Assembly: GCA_964383705.1 (NCBI GenBank)
Contig: CAYLHJ010000005.1
Location: forward strand, 1 to 51,963
Reading direction: 5' to 3'
DNA: 51,963 bases
From: an uncultured Candidatus Saccharibacteria bacterium
Lineage (GTDB): Bacteria; Patescibacteriota; Minisyncoccia; Phycocordibacterales; Zambryskibacteraceae
The notes under the pieces: generated by a model
The model's input: the letters and a program-made list of their open reading frames with translations, nothing else
The model's database searches: none
What the model was told of the DNA's origin: nothing
In this document: positions 9,864 to 19,440 of the stretch, one piece after another
How positions within the stretch are numbered: position 1 is the stretch's first letter
How the letters are laid out: each line of letters starts with the position of its first letter
Translations under genes and position numbers: made by a program

Positions 9864-10203
9864 CTAGCTTCTCGTCGCGGCTCTTCTCGAAGTCGTTACA
9901 GCGCTTCATCAGCTCGAACAGGACGTTCAAGTCTTGAAGCTTTGCTCCGTGGTCAGACTTGGCCCACCATTCAGGCGACTTGACCAGCGTATGACGCAGG
10001 GTCGCTAGCATGTCAGCGACGGCGTCCGTGTCAGCGTCCACCGGCAGACCGCCGGTGATGAGAGCCTTTGTGCGGCCGATCTGGATGTTCACCCCGAGCG
10101 TCGGGCGTGAATAGGTGAAGGAACCCTCGAACGTCTGCTTCGAGCGGTCTCCTTGAACCTGGATGGTAAATGTGTGTTCCTGGGGGGGAAGAACTTCAAA
10201 CAT
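9841..10203 (-). CDS. Hypothetical protein in tail assembly chaperone position (first of pair)
   Basis: 120 aa. Strong SD (AGGAG) after a promoter-like element. Located between the tube and tape measure genes. Confidence 0.6.
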   Translation of the reverse strand: MFEVLPPQEHTFTIQVQGDRSKQTFEGSFTYSRPTLGVNIQIGRTKALITGGLPVDADTDAVADMLATLRHTLVKSPEWWAKSDHGAKLQDLNVLFELMKRCNDFEKSRDEKLDEQAKPA

Positions 10204-10235
10204 GGAGGATCTCCTATTATTTTATTCTTCCCTTG

Positions 10236-10246
10236 ATTCTACCACA
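10236..10246 (-). promoter_or_regulatory. Extended -10 promoter candidate, TGTGGTAGAAT on the minus strand
   Basis: TGGTAGAAT lies just downstream of the tube terminator, followed by AAGAATAAAA (identical 10-mer to the 4606-4615 leader) and an AGGAG SD. Confidence 0.5.
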
Positions 10247-10253
10247 GGAGCTT

Positions 10254-10291
10254 AAAACGCGAAAGGGCCACCCAGAGAACCTGAGTGACCC
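10254..10291 (-). terminator. Rho-independent terminator after the tail tube gene
   Basis: Minus strand reads GGGTCACTCA-ggttctc-TGGGTGGCCC: a 10-bp stem with 2 G:U pairs (so it folds only on the minus strand), followed by TTTCGCGTTTT. Confidence 0.7.
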
Positions 10292-10366
10292 TTCCACTGA
10301 GGAGTATCCCTAGGCCCGAGCGGCGAACGCCACGCGGTGACCGCCCAGGGGTCTGCTTGAAGATCG

Positions 10367-10780
10367 TTACGGGCCGGCCTCGTCAGACTGCTTGATGCCG
10401 ACGAAGGACAGCGTGAGCTGCGCGAGGCTTCGCGCGTCCACGTTGAAGTCTTCCTGAGTACACTTGACTCGTTCGATCAAGAACAAGGTCTTGCCTGTAA
10501 TACGGTCGATCAGCTCGGCCGTCAGCTCAGGCTGTGTCAGGATGTTTTGAAGCTTGGGACGAAGGCCTAGAGAGATCGCAGACTGGTCGCTCACGCGGAA
10601 GAGCGTGGCGGTGAAGTTGACCGTGTAACCGGTCTCTGCGTACTCTGCAGGGGTTAGCTGGTCGAGGACGTCGACCGGCTGGTGGGCGTGGGCGACGGTG
10701 TAGTTGATCGCGTTGGCGAAGGCGACCTTAGTCGCATTCACCCGGAATACTACTCGTGCGCCAGTTGAGGTAAGACTCAT
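10367..10780 (-). CDS. Tail tube protein
   Basis: 137 aa ORF downstream of the sheath gene with a terminator after it. Size and position are typical of contractile-tail tube proteins. Confidence 0.7.
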   Translation of the reverse strand: MSLTSTGARVVFRVNATKVAFANAINYTVAHAHQPVDVLDQLTPAEYAETGYTVNFTATLFRVSDQSAISLGLRPKLQNILTQPELTAELIDRITGKTLFLIERVKCTQEDFNVDARSLAQLTLSFVGIKQSDEAGP

Positions 10781-10850
10781 CTCGGTTCTCCTTTACAACC
10801 CTCAGACGATACAGGGGAGGGGTTTACGTTCTATTTCCCTGTAAAGTAAC

Positions 10851-11129
10851 TTAGCTGCTGGACATCAAGCTCGCGGCCTTAAGCGCGGCAATGAGCGCGT
10901 CGACCTTCGCCTCGATCGCGTCCAAGCGAGCTTCGGTGCCGGCTAGGGGAGCTGCGTTAGAGCCAGTTCCGTCTACGCCTACCAAGTTAGTGGTCGTGCC
11001 GATCGCTGCGACTACCGCCGCTTGGCGTCCGGCCGAGTCGGCCACTTCTTTAGCGACCGAGTTCGGCGCTTCCATGGTGGAAGCTAGAGCGATCTCAAGT
11101 GCTGCCTTTGCACGTTCTGACAATGCCAT
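10851..11129 (-). CDS. Small Ala-rich hypothetical protein between sheath and tube
   Basis: 92 aa. Good SD (AAGGAG 6 nt upstream). C-terminal amphipathic helix LDAIEAKVDALIAALKAA. The overlapping plus-strand ORF 10891-11193 is judged spurious. Confidence 0.6.
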   Translation of the reverse strand: MALSERAKAALEIALASTMEAPNSVAKEVADSAGRQAAVVAAIGTTTNLVGVDGTGSNAAPLAGTEARLDAIEAKVDALIAALKAASLMSSS

Positions 11130-11180
11130 CTTTCGTCTCCTTCAGTTTCGTACCCTATGGTACTACGGTTTCTTTCGTCC

Positions 11181-12992
11181 TTACGCCGACTGACGGATGT
11201 TGTCGAGCGTGATCTTGTTCAACACGAAGTCAATACCTTGTACCGGCGTGATGGTGATCTCAACGGTAGCAGTGCTGCCCACGATGGTGACCAGAAGATC
11301 CTTCCATCCCAGACCACCGTTGGTGTCATCTCCGACGATGATCTCGTTCTGCAAGAACGTAGCCATGACCGAGATCACGGTGTTCTTGATAGCCTCAGCG
11401 CTGCCGGTACGAGCCTTCTCGCCGACAAAGATACCTTCGAGGTTAGCTCGCAAGTTGAAGGCTACGGTGTCCGCAGCTGCCAGGACAGACGGACGGTTGT
11501 AGACGAAGTTGGCATCCTTGCTGTAGGTCGCGTTGTGTACGACCACGCGGATGCCTCCGCTGTCCACCGTCTCCAGAGGGGTCAGACCGTCGGCGATTGC
11601 CAGATCGATCTGAGTCTTCTGGTTGTAATCTTGGTGGCGGATGCCGTTCGCGTTGATCAGCTTGAACGTCGCAGGAGTGCCGACCGGGGTGCCGGCTTGG
11701 ATGCCGCCCACGATGCATGCCGCTGCCCACGGGTCTTTGAAGGTCAGGTTGCCCGTCGCGTCCAAGATCTCTACGTCCTGGAACAGCATCGAAGCGCGCT
11801 GATGATTCAACGTCAACGACGCTGCGCGGGTGTTGGCGAACGAGTCCTTCTTCGACACGTAACAGTTACGCTCGCTGCGGTTCTTGGTGTTGGACGCTAG
11901 GATGCAGTGCGCGAGAGCCTGAGTGTTCACGGCATCTACGGTAAAGGTAGAGGCTGGATCAGTCTCACCGATAGGTACCAATGCCGAAGCATCTCGGGAG
12001 ACCAGAGGAATAACCGTGTTGATTCGCGATGCAAGTAAAGCATCGAAGCCGTTCTGGAACAAGGTGTTCGTCGAGGAGCCACGCGTGCCTCCCGTCAAAA
12101 ACTTCTTGGATGCCAGAGAAGCGATGGTTCCTTCTACGCCGGTTGCGCGCACCGCAGACACCAGGGAGGACTCGCCGTTGATGATGTCCAGGATCTCCTT
12201 CTGCTGACCGCGCAGGGTCACAGGAGCGGTCATGATGTCAGCAGGAGTGGTGATCGGGTCTAGGTCTGCGGCCGATTTAGAGGTGGCCAGCTTGTAGACG
12301 GTCGTACAGGTGTACGCCGCATGGGCATCGATGAGATCGCACAGCTGCTTGATAGTCTTGCCCGCAAGTGCGATGCTCAGGTTGTCCGGAGCGGCGCCCG
12401 TTACGGTAGTGCTCAACGTGGTAGCCGAGATGGCCAAGGTCGCGGCCGAACCTGCACCTACGTACTGAATAGTCAGCAGCGCATCGTACGGGTTCTCGCT
12501 CAAGGTCTCGATCACGTCGCCCTTCTGCAGGATGATGATGCGCGCGTTAGCGCTCACTACGCCCGGGTCGACGTCTACGCTGATCAGATTCTCGTCGTCA
12601 CCGAAGTTCCGAGAGGTCAAGGTCATCAAAGTGACGGGCGCGGCATTCGCTAGGGTCGTAGAAGATGCAGTAGAGTTGTTCGTCTTCCAAACCCGAATCA
12701 AGCTCGCGCCGTTGGGGACGCGAGCGTCTCGACCGGGAGCGATCAAGACGCGAGCAGCATCCACGATTGGACCAGACTTGTACTTAGCGACCAGGGCCGC
12801 GATGTCTTCGCTGGTGAAGGTCTGCACGCCTTCTCCCGCAGCCGCGCCAGGAGCGCCGCCGAGCGCTTCACCGATCAGGGCTACGATGCCAGAGGCGGCC
12901 AGAGGGAAGCCGCCGGCAAGGTTTACGGTCGTCTGGGAGTACGCGCCAGGCTTAAGGATGTTTGCGCCTGCGAACGTCTGATTGATTGCCAT
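11181..12992 (-). CDS. Tail sheath protein
   Basis: 603 aa. N-terminus MAINQTFAGANILKPGAYSQTTVNLAGGFPLAASGIVALIGEA is typical of phage sheath proteins. Followed by the tube gene. Confidence 0.9.
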   Translation of the reverse strand: MAINQTFAGANILKPGAYSQTTVNLAGGFPLAASGIVALIGEALGGAPGAAAGEGVQTFTSEDIAALVAKYKSGPIVDAARVLIAPGRDARVPNGASLIRVWKTNNSTASSTTLANAAPVTLMTLTSRNFGDDENLISVDVDPGVVSANARIIILQKGDVIETLSENPYDALLTIQYVGAGSAATLAISATTLSTTVTGAAPDNLSIALAGKTIKQLCDLIDAHAAYTCTTVYKLATSKSAADLDPITTPADIMTAPVTLRGQQKEILDIINGESSLVSAVRATGVEGTIASLASKKFLTGGTRGSSTNTLFQNGFDALLASRINTVIPLVSRDASALVPIGETDPASTFTVDAVNTQALAHCILASNTKNRSERNCYVSKKDSFANTRAASLTLNHQRASMLFQDVEILDATGNLTFKDPWAAACIVGGIQAGTPVGTPATFKLINANGIRHQDYNQKTQIDLAIADGLTPLETVDSGGIRVVVHNATYSKDANFVYNRPSVLAAADTVAFNLRANLEGIFVGEKARTGSAEAIKNTVISVMATFLQNEIIVGDDTNGGLGWKDLLVTIVGSTATVEITITPVQGIDFVLNKITLDNIRQSA

Positions 12993-13006
12993 CTAAAGCT
13001 CCTCTA

Positions 13007-13246
13007 CTAGTAAGATCTGAAGATCTCTTCGAAACGTTGATCGGTAGCTTCTGTCACGCCGCGCTGTTCAGCGTAGCTCCTCATCGGAGCCTTGTGGTGC
13101 GACTGGACTCTTCCTGTCGCCACCAGCTTGCTGAAATAGACATCAAAACTCATGACGCGAGGCTCCTGTGCCACTAACTCAGGTAACTCTCTATCCTCAG
13201 ATTGTAGATCATTTCTCTTGCTTTTTTCTCTCATCGCTAGGCCCAT
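13007..13246 (-). CDS. Small hypothetical protein; the true start may be the internal ATG at 13153
   Basis: 79-aa ORF. The first 31 codons have AT-rich third positions and overlap a promoter-like TGGTATCAT. The internal start MSFDVYF... has GGAG 9 nt upstream. Confidence 0.45.
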   Translation of the reverse strand: MGLAMREKSKRNDLQSEDRELPELVAQEPRVMSFDVYFSKLVATGRVQSHHKAPMRSYAEQRGVTEATDQRFEEIFRSY

Positions 13247-13255
13247 GATACCACG
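13245..13255 (-). promoter_or_regulatory. Extended -10 promoter candidate, CGTGGTATCAT on the minus strand
   Basis: TGnTAnnnT motif of the same family as 4627 and 10236, upstream of the sheath operon. Confidence 0.35.
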
Positions 13256-13267
13256 GTTGGCTTTCCG

Positions 13268-14203
13268 TTAACTCTCGTCGGGGTTGTACGGGGCGGCGGC
13301 CGTGCTGTTAGGCGACGGCGTGTTGGTCTTGAGGGTGAGATCGAAGCAATCGAACACCTGTACGGTAGCCTGGTTCCAGGTGAAGTTGCTGATGCACGTC
13401 ACCTGCATGATCCGACTGTAGACGTTCTCGCCTTCAAAAGAGTCGTCCCGGTCCATCATCTGTCCGGTACCCCGGTCCAGCGTGATCCCTCGGTTGATCA
13501 GAGACTCCTGCCGAGACTTCAAGATCCACTGGAGTATGTAGTAGAGGAACTTAGTCAAGTGTACGTCGTTCGAAGCGTGAACCCCCAGAGCGATCCTCTC
13601 ACGGAGGCGGACGAGCTTGAAGTCGTGACGGGTGAAGTCGATCGAGCTTACGATCTTGCCCGGAGCCGTGAGGTTGGGGGTGTTCCCGTCGCGAGGTAAC
13701 GTCACGTACTTGTTGCCGGACAGGTTACTCATGGGCGCGCTGATGGGGAAGCTTACGTCGTCGGCGTCCACAAAGAGCATGCCGGCGCACACGGTACTGA
13801 GGTCCGTCGAGGAGTCGAAGGACAGCTTACCAGACACCAGGTCGTACGCGGTCGGGGTAGCGACCGCGACGTACACCGTCGGCTCCTTAGGGGTCTCCTG
13901 CTCCGGGAACTCGTTCCCTAGGTTCTGAAGACCCTCCTCCTCGTCGGAGCTGAGGAGCTGGATGCTGAAGCACGGCACGTGGGTAGGTACCTGACTCCAT
14001 GCGTGAACGATCTTGATCTGCTTAGTCTGACCGGTGATGTACTGCTTGATCTGGTCGATCTTAGCCTGGCCGTATTGGTTCAGGAACTGAGCTTCTAGGA
14101 AGCGAGAGAAGATGTCGTCGATCTTCGTAGGATTGGCGCGCAGGTCTCCCAGTCCATCGCGGATCACAGTCTCAAGAACAAATTCGGTAAGCGGCGCACC
14201 CAT
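13268..14203 (-). CDS. Putative tail completion / neck structural protein
   Basis: 311 aa ORF immediately upstream of the sheath region, coupled (1-nt overlap) to the upstream gene. Function inferred from position only. Confidence 0.45.
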   Translation of the reverse strand: MGAPLTEFVLETVIRDGLGDLRANPTKIDDIFSRFLEAQFLNQYGQAKIDQIKQYITGQTKQIKIVHAWSQVPTHVPCFSIQLLSSDEEEGLQNLGNEFPEQETPKEPTVYVAVATPTAYDLVSGKLSFDSSTDLSTVCAGMLFVDADDVSFPISAPMSNLSGNKYVTLPRDGNTPNLTAPGKIVSSIDFTRHDFKLVRLRERIALGVHASNDVHLTKFLYYILQWILKSRQESLINRGITLDRGTGQMMDRDDSFEGENVYSRIMQVTCISNFTWNQATVQVFDCFDLTLKTNTPSPNSTAAAPYNPDES

Positions 14204-14886
14204 TAGAGGAACCTCTCCAGTATCTTAACAAAATTCTGCTCGATGTGCGTACCCAGGTCGTCCAGCACCTTCGCACCCTGAAACGGACTCTTAGGCCACT
14301 GGCTGTTCTCCGTTACGCGTCGGATGGTTAAGTAGGAAGCCTTGCCTCCGCCCGTAGGCTCGACGTTCTTGATGATGTCCTTCACGCGACTGGCCATGAC
14401 CTGCTTCTTCTTGGTGCCACCCTTCTTCCAGTCGGAGGTGGTGATGTGTTTCATCATCTGGTCAGCGTTCGCGAACGCCTTCACATTCACCTTGGGTCCG
14501 CCCTTCTTGCCGAGGGAGATGTTTCCCATCGCGTCAGCATCCTTGGCGATCGGCACGTCAACGTAGTTCTTACCTTCTCCCTTGTTAGCCTCCGCCCGGT
14601 TACCCTGCATGATGGAGCGGGAGACCTCTCCCGGCTCAATGCCGTCCTCCATCCAGTTGGCTAGCTTGCCGTCGATGGAAATGACGTAGAATTCGTCGCT
14701 GACCTTATGGAAGCGAAACCCCTGGTTCCACTTCGCCAGGCCGCCTTTCAGCTTCTGAGCTGCGATCTCAAGAGCCTGCTGCTGCGCGTCCTCCATGGTA
14801 GCGCTCACCGCCGCCTTGAAGCGACTCTTAAGGCCGTCCACCACGTCTCCGAACTGGACGTCGCTGAACTGAAGCTTGAGGCGCAC
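14203..14886 (-). CDS. Putative head-tail joining protein
   Basis: 227 aa ORF in the neck module. Weak resemblance to HK97 gp10-like proteins by eye only. Confidence 0.4.
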   Translation of the reverse strand: MRLKLQFSDVQFGDVVDGLKSRFKAAVSATMEDAQQQALEIAAQKLKGGLAKWNQGFRFHKVSDEFYVISIDGKLANWMEDGIEPGEVSRSIMQGNRAEANKGEGKNYVDVPIAKDADAMGNISLGKKGGPKVNVKAFANADQMMKHITTSDWKKGGTKKKQVMASRVKDIIKNVEPTGGGKASYLTIRRVTENSQWPKSPFQGAKVLDDLGTHIEQNFVKILERFL

Positions 14887-14893
14887 GGGTCAC

Positions 14894-15667
14894 CTACTCG
14901 TTAGGATCGTAGAACTTGTTGTCAGGCAGGAGAGCTTGTTGGATGTCTCTGCGCTCGATCAGGTAGTCTCGCTTGAGGATCCAAGAATCGGGAAGCTTCA
15001 CGTACGTACGATCGCCTACGGTCTTCTTAGGGATCGTCGGGTCAAGCTGATCAGAGCGGCGGTTGAACTGGCTCCAGCGGTTGCGATGCAGCGCCTTGAC
15101 CGCCCGGAACACTGGGTGATGCTTGTAGTAGATCGTGTAGATCTGACGGTCGTCAGGCTTGCGAGTACCGATCCACTTGACGTCCCCGTTGACGTCGATC
15201 TCGAAGTCGACACCTTCGTAATACTCGGTGCGCACGTTGTTCTCTACCGTGAACAGCCCAAGAACTTTGCACGCGGCGTACTTGAGACGATCGGTAGTGG
15301 CAGGCGCCTCCTGGCGCTGAACCAGCTCGAAGAAGTCCTCGGTGAAGTCTAAGATCTGAACCTTCGCGAAGATGTGAAGGGTGACCTCCGACAGGAAGGT
15401 CATCGCCGACTCGTCCATGCTAAACACGCCGGTGACCTTGAACTGCTCTATGAGATCCTGCTGTTGGATCATCCCCACAGACTCGAAGCAACCAAAGTCC
15501 ACCATGTTGTTGTTACACACGGTGCAGTTGACGTCGTGGTCGAACGACTCCAAGCTCTTCATGTTAGGGCACACGGTAGAGCGCCAGACCTTGATCCGGA
15601 CCCCGAGGTCCTTCACTTCCTGGTTCAGACGTTCTGCATCAATGCCGTCGGTTAAACGCTTAGCCAT
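14894..15667 (-). CDS. Hypothetical virion protein with N-terminal Cys cluster
   Basis: 257 aa. CPNMKSLESFDHDVNCTVCNN...FGC suggests a zinc-binding module. Located in the neck module. Confidence 0.5.
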   Translation of the reverse strand: MAKRLTDGIDAERLNQEVKDLGVRIKVWRSTVCPNMKSLESFDHDVNCTVCNNNMVDFGCFESVGMIQQQDLIEQFKVTGVFSMDESAMTFLSEVTLHIFAKVQILDFTEDFFELVQRQEAPATTDRLKYAACKVLGLFTVENNVRTEYYEGVDFEIDVNGDVKWIGTRKPDDRQIYTIYYKHHPVFRAVKALHRNRWSQFNRRSDQLDPTIPKKTVGDRTYVKLPDSWILKRDYLIERRDIQQALLPDNKFYDPNE

Positions 15668-15690
15668 GCGTACCTCGCAGGGTACGGACC

Positions 15691-16167
15691 TTACTTGAGG
15701 TCAGACGCTTTAGGTTGTTTGCGATCCATCTGAGGACCCCAACACTTCTTGGCGCGATCCTTAGCCTTCTGCACGCGGTCGACCTCTTGCGTGTTGTTGC
15801 TCTTACGCGCTTCGTCCTCACGACGGTCAAGCTCGGCGAGAACATGCTCGCGCTGATCCGCAGGAACTGCGGCCAGCTGCTCGTCGGTCGGAGCCTTCGA
15901 CACGGCCACAGACTTCTTCACGGGCTCGCTTCCGAGCTTGGCCAGCTCTTCTGCGGAGACGGCTTGATTCTTGGTCGCGCCCTGATAGGTCTTCTCGTAG
16001 TCCATGGGAGACTGGCGCATGTTCGACATCTGGTTGCCGGTTGGTCCTTGCTCAAGAGTAGAGCCTAAGGTGTACGGCTTGAACAGACCTTCTGCGAGCT
16101 TCGGCTTGGGAGCTTCTACTACGGGGGCCGGAGCTGCGTTCTGCGGTTGGTTAGATTGCTGACTCAT
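15691..16167 (-). CDS. Hypothetical low-complexity charged protein
   Basis: 158 aa. Pro/Gln/Lys-rich. 17-nt overlap with the upstream gene. Part of a 4-gene lysine-rich block. Confidence 0.55.
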   Translation of the reverse strand: MSQQSNQPQNAAPAPVVEAPKPKLAEGLFKPYTLGSTLEQGPTGNQMSNMRQSPMDYEKTYQGATKNQAVSAEELAKLGSEPVKKSVAVSKAPTDEQLAAVPADQREHVLAELDRREDEARKSNNTQEVDRVQKAKDRAKKCWGPQMDRKQPKASDLK

Positions 16168-16534
16168 GTGACTTTCTCCTCTTGAACTTAGTTACGAACT
16201 CTCGCTTCTGATCTTCCAGCGCGATCTCTCGCACCATGTCTTCTACCGACTTCGCGATCTTCTTACGACCAGCGATGGAACCATCCTTCAAGTATCGCTT
16301 GTGCCCAGACGCTTCCTGGACGTAACGACCTCCGTGGGCTCCGATCGAGACGCTCGCAGGTGCGGGCTTCTTAGACTCTGCATGAGTCTTCTCCTTTGGT
16401 TTCTTACGCTTAGGAGTCGTAACACCTTCGATGTTAACACGTCCTTCAACTTGTTTGCGACGCTTCTGCGACCGCTCACGAAGCTTCTGACGGACCTTCT
16501 CCCGGATCTTATCCTTCAGGTTGCTACTTGGCAC
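16151..16534 (-). CDS. Hypothetical highly basic (Lys/Arg-rich) protein
   Basis: 127 aa. GTG start with a strong SD (AAGGAGG 6 nt upstream). KRRKQ/KRKKPKEK runs. Confidence 0.6.
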   Translation of the reverse strand: MPSSNLKDKIREKVRQKLRERSQKRRKQVEGRVNIEGVTTPKRKKPKEKTHAESKKPAPASVSIGAHGGRYVQEASGHKRYLKDGSIAGRKKIAKSVEDMVREIALEDQKREFVTKFKRRKSHESAI

Positions 16535-17381
16535 CGGAGCCTCCTTTTAACTTACGATGAGATTCTTTAACCATCTCAATAAGTTCCTGACGAACCTTAC
16601 GAGCTTTGTCGCCTTGTGAGAACACGCCGCTCATGGTAGCAGAAGGAAGGCCCTTCTTCGGCATTTTCGCGCCTTTATCATCGACCTCGTTCACGTTGTG
16701 AGCGGCCTGCATGTGCTTGAACTTGGCGTTCTCCTTAACCCACTCCTGCGCCTTCTGGTGGATCTTCTCGCGGTCTTGAGGGTGAACCTTGGACTCGATC
16801 TTAGACATCATCCCATGAAATTGTTGACGAGCTTCGTGTGAGATAGACATCGGATCCTGCTCTTCGCCGCCCGCCTCATGATGTACAGATCCCGTCTTCA
16901 CGCGAACCCACACAGACGGGTTCGCAGAGATTTTCTTGTAAGTGTCTCCATCTGATCCGTTGCGCACAGTCCCAACAGGCTCGCCGCGCGGTTGTCCCGC
17001 GCTACCTCCGGCACCAGATCCTGACGGTTTAGCATAGGCAGCGTTAGCCGCCCTGGAGGTGACTCCGACCTTGTTAGACGGTCCTCCAATGTTCACAGCC
17101 TTCTCGATAGGAGCAGAGGCTTGGCTTAAAGACAGCGTGTTCACTACGCCTAAGCTTCCGCAAGTACCATTTTTCATGAGCATGCGAAGCTTGTTCGTCG
17201 GAAAGGCGATCTTTCCGTTCTTCTCGTCCTCTAAGATCGTGAAACCCTTGTCCTGAAAGCCGACCACCTTGTACAAGTTGTTGTACATCTGCAGGCGTTC
17301 GCCGTACCGAAAAGTAGGACGGTATCCGTCCAACGCTTTCTCAAGGATCTGGTTCTTTACGAGGATGCTAACCTTGCTCAT
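16524..17381 (-). CDS. Hypothetical protein (lysine-rich C-terminus, Gly/Ser linker)
   Basis: 285 aa ORF, overlap-coupled to both neighbours. Confidence 0.6.
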   Translation of the reverse strand: MSKVSILVKNQILEKALDGYRPTFRYGERLQMYNNLYKVVGFQDKGFTILEDEKNGKIAFPTNKLRMLMKNGTCGSLGVVNTLSLSQASAPIEKAVNIGGPSNKVGVTSRAANAAYAKPSGSGAGGSAGQPRGEPVGTVRNGSDGDTYKKISANPSVWVRVKTGSVHHEAGGEEQDPMSISHEARQQFHGMMSKIESKVHPQDREKIHQKAQEWVKENAKFKHMQAAHNVNEVDDKGAKMPKKGLPSATMSGVFSQGDKARKVRQELIEMVKESHRKLKGGSGAK

Positions 17382-18360
17382 CTTCGCCTCTAGAGAGTGC
17401 GTCCACGAACTGACAGAAAGAGTCTTGGTGCTGCTCCCAGTTCTCGGACAGCTCGCGAGCAGCTGCTTGGTCGTTAGGAAGGTGCATGTACTCTGCCTGC
17501 TTCTTGCGCCAGGACGTAAGAGCCTTCCTGACGGACTCCTTGTCTGGAAGGGCTCCGGTCCGGAAGCCTTGTACGAAAGCTTGCACGGACTTCTTGATCT
17601 CTAGCTCGAAGTCGCCGTACTTGATCCTGATGCTCTTGCCGCGCACCTGGTCGAGGACTTGACGCTGAAGCTCGTCGATGCGGTTGTGAGCGGCCATGGC
17701 GATCTCGTCAGCTTGTGGAGCAGCGGGAGCTGAAGGAGGAGCAACCTCCTGCGGCTCTGGAACAAGGCTCTTCAGCTGAAGGTTCTTCGCGATGATCGCT
17801 ACAGTCTGAGAATCAAACTTCTCGATGATCTGCCCGTCACGATCCTGAAAATGCCCGTGGTACAAGCCTGCTTCGCGCTCGCTCATCGTTAACATACCCG
17901 TCGGAAACGGGATCTTGGCTGATGCGCCAGGTCCTGACTTCAGAACTCCCAGGTTATTCTGGATGTAGTCTATGAGAGTCTTGCTGGCTAGCTGCTCCGC
18001 CATCTGCTGGTCTTTAGAGTCTACCGCTACGAGCGTGTTCTTGAAATCGATAGACTTCTTCATCCTGGAACGAGCAAAGGAGTGCAACTTCCTACGATTA
18101 TGAGAGATAACCTTGTCAGCAAGTTTCTTGTCTGCGGTAGAGCGCGTAGACACGTCAGCCTTGCTCGTGTACTCCTTAAGCTCTTTCGCTTGCTCGTCCG
18201 CTTCTCGCTTATCATCTTTATGAGAGGGGCTTCGCAATACATGTACGAGCTTCTTGTGTTCTCGAACAAGCTCGTCCTTAGGCATGGTAATCGTTTCAGA
18301 CCTCTTCTTCGACGCCCCTTTGGCAAGCGTATCTTGAGCAAACCGCTTAGGATCTTTCAT
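17368..18360 (-). CDS. Hypothetical protein (lysine-rich N-terminus with ELVREHKKLVHVL...ELKEY motif)
   Basis: 330 aa ORF, coupled to the downstream gene. Confidence 0.6.
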   Translation of the reverse strand: MKDPKRFAQDTLAKGASKKRSETITMPKDELVREHKKLVHVLRSPSHKDDKREADEQAKELKEYTSKADVSTRSTADKKLADKVISHNRRKLHSFARSRMKKSIDFKNTLVAVDSKDQQMAEQLASKTLIDYIQNNLGVLKSGPGASAKIPFPTGMLTMSEREAGLYHGHFQDRDGQIIEKFDSQTVAIIAKNLQLKSLVPEPQEVAPPSAPAAPQADEIAMAAHNRIDELQRQVLDQVRGKSIRIKYGDFELEIKKSVQAFVQGFRTGALPDKESVRKALTSWRKKQAEYMHLPNDQAAARELSENWEQHQDSFCQFVDALSRGEDEQG

Positions 18361-18368
18361 ACACTTCC

Positions 18369-19160
18369 TTAGCCTACCACCGACGCGAAGCCGCTGTAAA
18401 ACTTACGAACAACGTCCATGTAGTCCTTCAAAGATTTACGGTACCCGTCGATGCGGGCTCCGTAGACGCTGTAGATCCCGGAGGCAGCAAGCCCTTGGCT
18501 GACGCTAGCCCCATCGATAGACACGTTGTTGCTCGTCTGACCTGGACCGTAAAGGATGTCTCCCAGGATCTCGAAGATCTTGATGGCTGCCTGAAGTCCG
18601 ATCATCTCGTTGATGATGATCGGGATCTGATCCTCGCAGAACCCCGCCTTGTACGTGATGCTGAACAAGTGAGGCCAGTAGTCGCGAGTTCCGTAGATCA
18701 GAGGGACGTACGAGCCGCCTTGCGTCACGATCAAGCCGCTGAAGCTTCCTTCGACGGGAGACAGCTGAACCTGCGACGCTTCCTTCTCCAGGACGTACCA
18801 CTGCTCAGGGTACTTCACCAGGTCCGTGCGATTAGGAAACTGAGCCTTGATCTCTGTGACCTCGATGGCTGGACGCTTCTTGAGCTGGATGAAGTTGAAA
18901 TTAACGTAGTCGACGGCGCGATAGTCGTACTGCTCGCCTTGGATCACCACGGGAGTGATCACGATGTCCAGAGCGTGCTCTAGGTACGACACGGACGCGT
19001 TGATCTGGTGCTGGATAACCTCGTCAGGAAGCTTGTTCCCCTGCTTGTCCGTGAGGTCAATACCGAACAGGTAGCGCTGCTTGAGCTGCGCGACCGTGAG
19101 CATGGGCTCTGTGCGACTGAACGGCTGACTTGAGGAAGCACTAAACGGAACAGTCATCAA
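18369..19160 (-). CDS. Putative head-tail connector/adaptor protein (gp6-like N-terminal motif)
   Basis: 263 aa. LTVAQLKQRYLFGIDLTD...EVIQHQINASVSYLEHAL resembles the Phage_connect_1 N-terminal pattern, judged by eye. Confidence 0.45.
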   Translation of the reverse strand: MMTVPFSASSSQPFSRTEPMLTVAQLKQRYLFGIDLTDKQGNKLPDEVIQHQINASVSYLEHALDIVITPVVIQGEQYDYRAVDYVNFNFIQLKKRPAIEVTEIKAQFPNRTDLVKYPEQWYVLEKEASQVQLSPVEGSFSGLIVTQGGSYVPLIYGTRDYWPHLFSITYKAGFCEDQIPIIINEMIGLQAAIKIFEILGDILYGPGQTSNNVSIDGASVSQGLAASGIYSVYGARIDGYRKSLKDYMDVVRKFYSGFASVVG

Positions 19161-19166
19161 AACCTC

Positions 19167-19430
19167 TTAGGTGTGAAACCATGGATCTTCGGAGTGTCTG
19201 ATCCAGAGCATCTTACCAGTTCTTCGAGCAAGATCTTGACCAGACGCTACAGGGTTCTTCTCGAACTGAGAGTCTAGCAGGTACTCTTGAACCTGCGCTT
19301 GGATCTCTACGGACGAGATGTTGACCCGGTTGCGGACGTGGTTCAACAGGTGAACATCCTTAGGATGCTCTCGGAGACGGTTCATGTCCCTCTCCCACTC
19401 GGTGAAGTTTTCGTACGGGATCAAAGACAT
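19167..19430 (-). CDS. Hypothetical protein (start revised)
   Basis: The track ORF 19167-19583 overlaps the endolysin gene by 143 nt. The internal ATG at 19430 has GAAGGTGG upstream and lies 10 nt after the endolysin stop. Revised product is 87 aa. Confidence 0.6.
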   Translation of the reverse strand: MSLIPYENFTEWERDMNRLREHPKDVHLLNHVRNRVNISSVEIQAQVQEYLLDSQFEKNPVASGQDLARRTGKMLWIRHSEDPWFHT

Positions 19431-19440
19431 CTTACCACCT

